From NCBI GenBank assembly GCA_031367385.1, contig JANLPS010000114.1:1-11054 (forward strand): a stretch of 11,054 nucleotides of DNA. Direction: 5' to 3'. Below are positions 6,766-11,054 of this stretch, piece after piece. Source of the DNA: Archangium sp. Its GTDB lineage: Bacteria; Myxococcota; Myxococcia; Myxococcales; Myxococcaceae. The position numbers and the translations under genes are program-made. Every line of letters starts with the position of its first letter. Position 1 is the first letter of the stretch. The notes below the pieces were generated by a model. The model saw only the letters and a program-made list of their open reading frames with translations, made no database searches and had not been told where the DNA came from.

Positions 6766-7257
6766 ATGCCCGCAACCGTGACCTCGATGAACCAAGCCCA
6801 GCTCGCCTCTGCGTTGAGTGAGCTCGAAGTGGCGCTCCGAGAGGGCGAAGCCGAGCTCAAGCAGAAACCCGACCAGTACCAGATGGTGAAGACGCTCTAC
6901 ACCGAGCTCAAGAAGATGAAGCCTGGGCAGACCCCCAGCGCGAAGGTGACCACCTTGCTGCAGTCGTTCTTGAAGAAGCAGCTCGACGAAGAAATCAGAG
7001 ACCAGAACAAGCTGCTGGCCAGCTCGCGCACATCGGGCAGCGGCCCGGTCATCAAAGCCGTGAGCGAGGCCCACAAGGCGACCTTGAATGCGTTGTCGGT
7101 CGCACGCGATGGCGTCGCCGCGCTGACTCCGAGCTTGTCTAACGACGTGGCCGCGGGCACTGGCATTCGCATGAACAACGCGAACCAGAGCGCCGAGCGT
7201 GCCCTGCAGAACGCCGAGGCCGCCAAGGTGTTCGGTCCTGTGCCCGCCAAGAAATGA
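6766..7257 (+). CDS. Hypothetical alpha-helical protein (163 aa), apparent paralogue of 7951-8661
   Basis: SD-like AAGGA at 6753-6757 before ATG 6766 (preferred to the track's 6694 start); GC3-rich codons; stop overlaps the next start (ATGA at 7254-7257). Confidence 0.8.
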   Translation: MPATVTSMNQAQLASALSELEVALREGEAELKQKPDQYQMVKTLYTELKKMKPGQTPSAKVTTLLQSFLKKQLDEEIRDQNKLLASSRTSGSGPVIKAVSEAHKATLNALSVARDGVAALTPSLSNDVAAGTGIRMNNANQSAERALQNAEAAKVFGPVPAKK

Positions 7258-7943
7258 ACGCTGACTTCACCAAGCGCCACACGCTGCTGATGTTCAGCGG
7301 CGGCATCGACAGCCTCTTCACCTTGCACCAGCTGCTCACCGAGACCGACGACGTGGTGTGGGCGCACCACGTGAACCTGGTCAACCGCGAGGGCCGACAC
7401 CGGGCCGAGTCTGAGGCCTGTGGCAACATCGTCGCCTGGCTCACCGAGCGCGTACGCCGCTTTCGCTACACCGAGAGCACCCTCGACCACAGCGCGTTCG
7501 CGATGTTCGGGCGCGACGTGACGATGGTCGCCTTCGAGGCGGGCCTGGTGGTGCAGAACGCCCACGTGCAGTGGAAGCGCGGCTTCGACCGGTGGATGTT
7601 GGGGTACTGCAAAGAAGAGTCAGAAGAGGTGCTGCCCAGCGGCACCGTCGCCGACTCGTCGAACCGGCGCTCATTGACCGAGCAAGCGGTGGCCTTGAGC
7701 GCCCACCCGATGGTGCCCCCGAAGTTGTTTCGCCCGGAGCTGCTCGCCAAGCAAGCGCAGATCGAGGCGATGCCCGCCGAGCTCGTGCAACTGGCGTGGA
7801 CGTGTCGTCAGCCCCGGTGGGAGGCAGCGGTCGCCACCGAATGCGGGGTCTGCAAGACCTGCAAGCTCATGGGGCCGATTCGCGCCAACCTGGCCACCAA
7901 AGGCTACCCGCTGGTCTCGCCCACGCTGACCGTGCCGGCCTGA
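7254..7943 (+). CDS. Divergent QueC-like PP-loop ATP pyrophosphatase with C-terminal 4-Cys zinc site
   Basis: PP-loop FSGGIDS; C-terminal AWTC-x12-CGVCKTC resembling QueC TxSC...CGxCxxC; PELLAKQAQI resembling PL...K..I. Canonical QueC YGQ, VPxRN (here FGRD) and YPDC motifs are absent. Confidence 0.8.
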   Translation: MNADFTKRHTLLMFSGGIDSLFTLHQLLTETDDVVWAHHVNLVNREGRHRAESEACGNIVAWLTERVRRFRYTESTLDHSAFAMFGRDVTMVAFEAGLVVQNAHVQWKRGFDRWMLGYCKEESEEVLPSGTVADSSNRRSLTEQAVALSAHPMVPPKLFRPELLAKQAQIEAMPAELVQLAWTCRQPRWEAAVATECGVCKTCKLMGPIRANLATKGYPLVSPTLTVPA

Positions 7944-7950
7944 GCAGCGA

Positions 7951-8661
7951 CTACTTCTTGCCGTTCTTCTTCGGGTCGGCCTTGGCGTTCGCCCACTGGG
8001 GTGCGCTGAACGGTGCGGTCTTACCAGGCGCGGCCTTCGCGGGTGCCGGCGCGGCTGCCTTGGGCGCTTTGCGGCTGGGAGGAGGCGTGGCGTCGGGGTC
8101 TTGCGCTGAGACCGCTGGCATCGAGGTCAGTGAGGTGCGTGGCGGGGGGGCGGCGTCTTTCACGGCAGGTACTGCGGTGAGCGACTTTCGCATGGCGGTC
8201 GTCAACGCTGCCGGAGGCGGCTGGGCCTCGCCCTGCTTGAGCTCGAGCAGCGAGCTGCGCGCGCGGTCTGAGGCTGACTCCATGTGTCGCATTGCTTGAG
8301 CCGCCGCCGGGCCCGTGCCGGTCGTCGCCTTCTTGGCCTCGTCGAGTACCGCCAGCACGTTCTTGAGGGCCTTCTGCGCCTTCGCCGCCTTGGGGTCTTT
8401 CTTCACCAGCGGCTCAAGCGAGTCGATCTTCTGCTGGTACGCGGCCTTCTTCAGGTCGAGCTGCCAGATGAAGAGGCTCTTCAGCGTCTTTTGCGACGCG
8501 GGCGAGACCTGCCCCGTAGGTGAGCTCTTCAGCTCCCGCAGCAGCGACTTCATTTCTTGCAGCTGCTTGGGCGCCGTCTTGCTGAGCGTTGGTGTCTGCT
8601 CGATGAGCATCTGCTCGAGGTTCTTGATGGCGGCGGCGTTCGCCGGCGGGTTTGCAACCAT
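7951..8661 (-). CDS. Hypothetical alpha-helical protein (236 aa) with Pro/Ala/Lys-rich tail, apparent paralogue of 6766-7257
   Basis: ATG 8661 with upstream AAAGG; strong coding codon bias; N-terminal ~145 aa aligns by eye with the 163-aa protein; tail PPPSRKAPKAAAPAPAKAAPGK...PKKNGKK. Confidence 0.8.
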   Translation of the reverse strand: MVANPPANAAAIKNLEQMLIEQTPTLSKTAPKQLQEMKSLLRELKSSPTGQVSPASQKTLKSLFIWQLDLKKAAYQQKIDSLEPLVKKDPKAAKAQKALKNVLAVLDEAKKATTGTGPAAAQAMRHMESASDRARSSLLELKQGEAQPPPAALTTAMRKSLTAVPAVKDAAPPPRTSLTSMPAVSAQDPDATPPPSRKAPKAAAPAPAKAAPGKTAPFSAPQWANAKADPKKNGKK

Positions 8662-8728
8662 TGGGCGATGAGACCTTTCAAATGGCGTCGGGCGCTAAAG
8701 CGTACCACCGGAGGAACCAGCGTTCGAC

Positions 8729-9046
8729 TCAGTCGTAGCGAACTTCGACCAGATAGGGGCCGAGCTCGAAGGCCTGCGAATTGACGATGGTGGGCTCACC
8801 CTCCTCGACCTGTGCGCGGTTGACTCGAACGGGGGCCCCCGGCTCGCACCGAACCAGCGTGCGCTGGCCGCGGCGAATGACCGAGGCGTGTTTCGGGGCC
8901 AGCCCTTTGAGCACGAGCTCATTGGTCTTGGCCGAGCCGATGTAAAACTCGGGCAGCTTCGGGTCGACGCCCTTGCGCGGGTTCACGCGATGCTTCGACG
9001 TCAGGCCCGTTTCGCTGTTGGTCACTGAAACCAAAAAGGAAGCCAT
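8729..9046 (-). CDS. Stand-alone degenerate FHA-like (YscD-cytoplasmic-like) beta-sandwich protein, 105 aa
   Basis: FYIGS...NELVL...LAPKHASV...VRVN...FELGPYLVEV follows the FHA pattern IGR...DIVL...VSRxHA...TxVNG...IxIG. GGAGG SD lies inside the upstream gene's last codons; 3-nt gap to that gene's stop. Confidence 0.65.
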   Translation of the reverse strand: MASFLVSVTNSETGLTSKHRVNPRKGVDPKLPEFYIGSAKTNELVLKGLAPKHASVIRRGQRTLVRCEPGAPVRVNRAQVEEGEPTIVNSQAFELGPYLVEVRYD

Positions 9047-9049
9047 GGC

Positions 9050-11054
9050 TTAGAGCCCTCCGGCCAAACCGGGAAAGAGGTCTTGATTGGCCAAGTAGAA
9101 GCCACCGAATGAAGGGTGGTAGTCGATGCCGGTGTCGAAGAGCTTGGCCCACAGGGCTGCAGGCCCGCTGCCGACCTGCGCCGTACCGATGCCTTGGTAC
9201 AGCTCGACCGCGCTCGCGCCGCCATAGTTCGCGGGGTTGAGCTCCATGTCGCGCACCAAGCCCCACCACTGCACGCGGTGCGTTTGAACGCCGTGGTGGG
9301 GCGAATCGGCGAAATTCACGTCACGAAAGAGCGCCCCGTCAGAGAGCATCTTCGCCCACTCAGTGTCGGTGTACGGCCTCGGCTCGAGGTCGAGCGCGGG
9401 TTTGAAGCCGGCCTTGGCCTCTGCTGCGCTCAGCTCTGCTTCGAGTGCTTCAGCCGTGCTCACGCCGGTCTCCGCCACTCGCCTTTGCACCGCCCGCTCG
9501 AGCTCTTGGGTGCGAGCGATGGGTCGGGCAGGGTCGTACATGTAACTCGAGATGCCCTCGTACCCGGCACGCTGCGTCGGCGTCAGCGTCTCGGCCCGGT
9601 GGTACCCGCCGATTTCGGGAGCCAACGGCGAGTAGTGACCAGGGGGCGGCTCGGTGCGAGCCAGCGCCGCGTTGGCGCGCGCCAGCTCCTCGGCGGTGCG
9701 TTCGGCGGGTTGCACGACGGCCGCCACTGTGGCTGCGTCGGTGACCGCGGCTTCGACCGCGGCCCCGGCCGGCCGTCGCATGATGAACCCCGGGCTGCCC
9801 GTCGCCATCGGGTCGATGATCTCGAGCTCGGTGAACCCGGCGGCCGCGCGAATCTTGTACGCGGGCGTCGCTCTGATCGCTGCCTCCATGTCTCCGGTCT
9901 CGTTGTAGACGCGAACGTACACCGCCATGTTGGTGTCTTGGAGCGTCGACGCTTTGATCGCCGTGATGCCCGGGTTCTCTTCGAGCACCTTGGCGAAGAG
10001 CTGGCCTGAGACGCCTTGGCCCTGCATCTCGGGCACGACGTCGAGCCCGGTCACCTCGAGCGTGCCAGCCTTGGTGTCCACGATGTACGAGACCTTGCCG
10101 ACCTCCTGGCCCGCCGCGTTTTTGGCGGTCATGTCGTAGTACTGACTGCCCCGAAAATCGGCACTCATCACCCGCTCGGTTTCGAGGGGCGGGGCGGTCA
10201 CCTTCACCGGAGGCACATCGACGACCGGCCTCTCAACGACCGGCGCACGGGCGCCCTCAAGATCGCTTGCCACGCTGCCGGCGCGGCCCGTGCCAGCACC
10301 CCCATCGACGACTTCACCCACGACCGCCCGGCCACCACGTGCACCGGCTTCGAGGCCGGCATCAACGGCCGCATCAACCTCAGCGGCGACACGGCCGCCC
10401 TTCAGCGCGCTCCCTGCCGCCCCAACTGCGACGACGCCGACGGTGTCGGCGACCGCCCCGTAGAAGGCTCTTCGCGCGTCAGCTGCGGAGAGCTCACGGT
10501 CACCCAGCTTCTCGACGTTCTCGTAGAGAGACTTCACGGGGATGACGGTGTTGATTGCTGCGGCTGTGGCACCGAGCGGGTCGGCGACGACGGCGTCGTA
10601 CGCTTTGCCCAAAGCTGCCGCCGTGTCGGCCCGCCGTTGCTCCGCAGTGGTCGTGGCCAGGTACTCGATGCCACGGCTGGTGGCGTCGACCGCGCCGTTG
10701 TATGCGCCCTTCGCTGCGCTCACGACGCCATCGACCGTGGTGCTGGTCACGGCGGTCTTGATGTTGGTGCCAATCGTCGAGATGCGCTGGCCCAAGATGC
10801 CCAGGTACGAGTCGTCGTCGCTCTCCGCGGCCGGGTCGGTTGTGAACCTGCGGCCGGTATTCACCGCACCGGCTGAAAAGCTGCCCTCTTGGGCTCCGCC
10901 AGCGTCATTGAACGCAACCGACGGTATCGAGGTTTGCTGCGCCGCAGGAGGCGGTATCTTCGAGAGCCGGTACGCTTCATAGGCGGCGTCAGAGTCTCTG
11001 CCGCTGTAGTTCTGCCTGACGAAGCTGGCGTAGTCGGCGCCCGAGCCGTTCGGC
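9050..11054 (-). CDS. Large polymorphic-toxin/effector-like protein, 5' end outside the window; GNAT-like domain plus C-terminal His-motif domain (LirA/MavJ/DUF5636-like)
   Basis: The frame stays open upstream of the track's GTG 10864 to the edge (PNGSGADYASFVRQNYSGRDSDAAYEAYRLSKIPPP...). Ala/Gly/Val-rich pre-toxin-like helices; acetyl-CoA motif VVPEMQGQGVSGQL; C-terminal LFRD...HHGVQTHRVQW...LY...LWAKLFD. Confidence 0.75.
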   Translation of the reverse strand, partial: PNGSGADYASFVRQNYSGRDSDAAYEAYRLSKIPPPAAQQTSIPSVAFNDAGGAQEGSFSAGAVNTGRRFTTDPAAESDDDSYLGILGQRISTIGTNIKTAVTSTTVDGVVSAAKGAYNGAVDATSRGIEYLATTTAEQRRADTAAALGKAYDAVVADPLGATAAAINTVIPVKSLYENVEKLGDRELSAADARRAFYGAVADTVGVVAVGAAGSALKGGRVAAEVDAAVDAGLEAGARGGRAVVGEVVDGGAGTGRAGSVASDLEGARAPVVERPVVDVPPVKVTAPPLETERVMSADFRGSQYYDMTAKNAAGQEVGKVSYIVDTKAGTLEVTGLDVVPEMQGQGVSGQLFAKVLEENPGITAIKASTLQDTNMAVYVRVYNETGDMEAAIRATPAYKIRAAAGFTELEIIDPMATGSPGFIMRRPAGAAVEAAVTDAATVAAVVQPAERTAEELARANAALARTEPPPGHYSPLAPEIGGYHRAETLTPTQRAGYEGISSYMYDPARPIARTQELERAVQRRVAETGVSTAEALEAELSAAEAKAGFKPALDLEPRPYTDTEWAKMLSDGALFRDVNFADSPHHGVQTHRVQWWGLVRDMELNPANYGGASAVELYQGIGTAQVGSGPAALWAKLFDTGIDYHPSFGGFYLANQDLFPGLAGGL

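Noticed and set aside
7254..7943. Assigning gene symbol queC, or calling the locus QatABCD/CBASS
   Set aside because: Key QueC substrate motifs are missing, no other queuosine, Qat or CBASS components are in the window, and the neighbouring proteins lack the N-terminal Gly modified in those systems.
10862..10864. ORF-track start of the 604-aa protein at GTG 10864
   Set aside because: The frame is open for 63 more codons to the window edge, so the real start is probably upstream, outside the window.
9116..10982. Plus-strand ORFs of 297, 286 and 146 aa
   Set aside because: Shadows of the large minus-strand gene; no recognisable features.

Overview
High-GC bacterial window, most likely Myxococcota (inferred from a MYXO-CTERM-type sorting tail and a Cys-rich secreted S1 protease). 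The left part (1-6677) is mostly ordinary enzymes: a partial DUF3467-like gene, a carboxylesterase, a Tat-signal metallophosphoesterase, an S1 protease with 60-nt-period Cys repeats, a beta-hydroxyacid dehydrogenase and a PlsC-type acyltransferase. A 770-bp gap between convergent genes (3373-4140) holds an unannotated 49-aa ORF, AT-rich direct repeats, a nested double-palindrome element and probable membrane-gene remnants. The right part (6766-11054) is the most interesting. A divergent QueC-like PP-loop/Zn enzyme with no queuosine genes nearby is flanked by two convergent genes that I read as distant paralogues of one unknown helical protein. Next to these are a degenerate FHA-like gene and a large polymorphic-toxin-like ORF, running off the window edge, with a GNAT-like domain followed by a His-motif C-terminal domain. 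All family calls come from motif recognition by eye; no searches were run.
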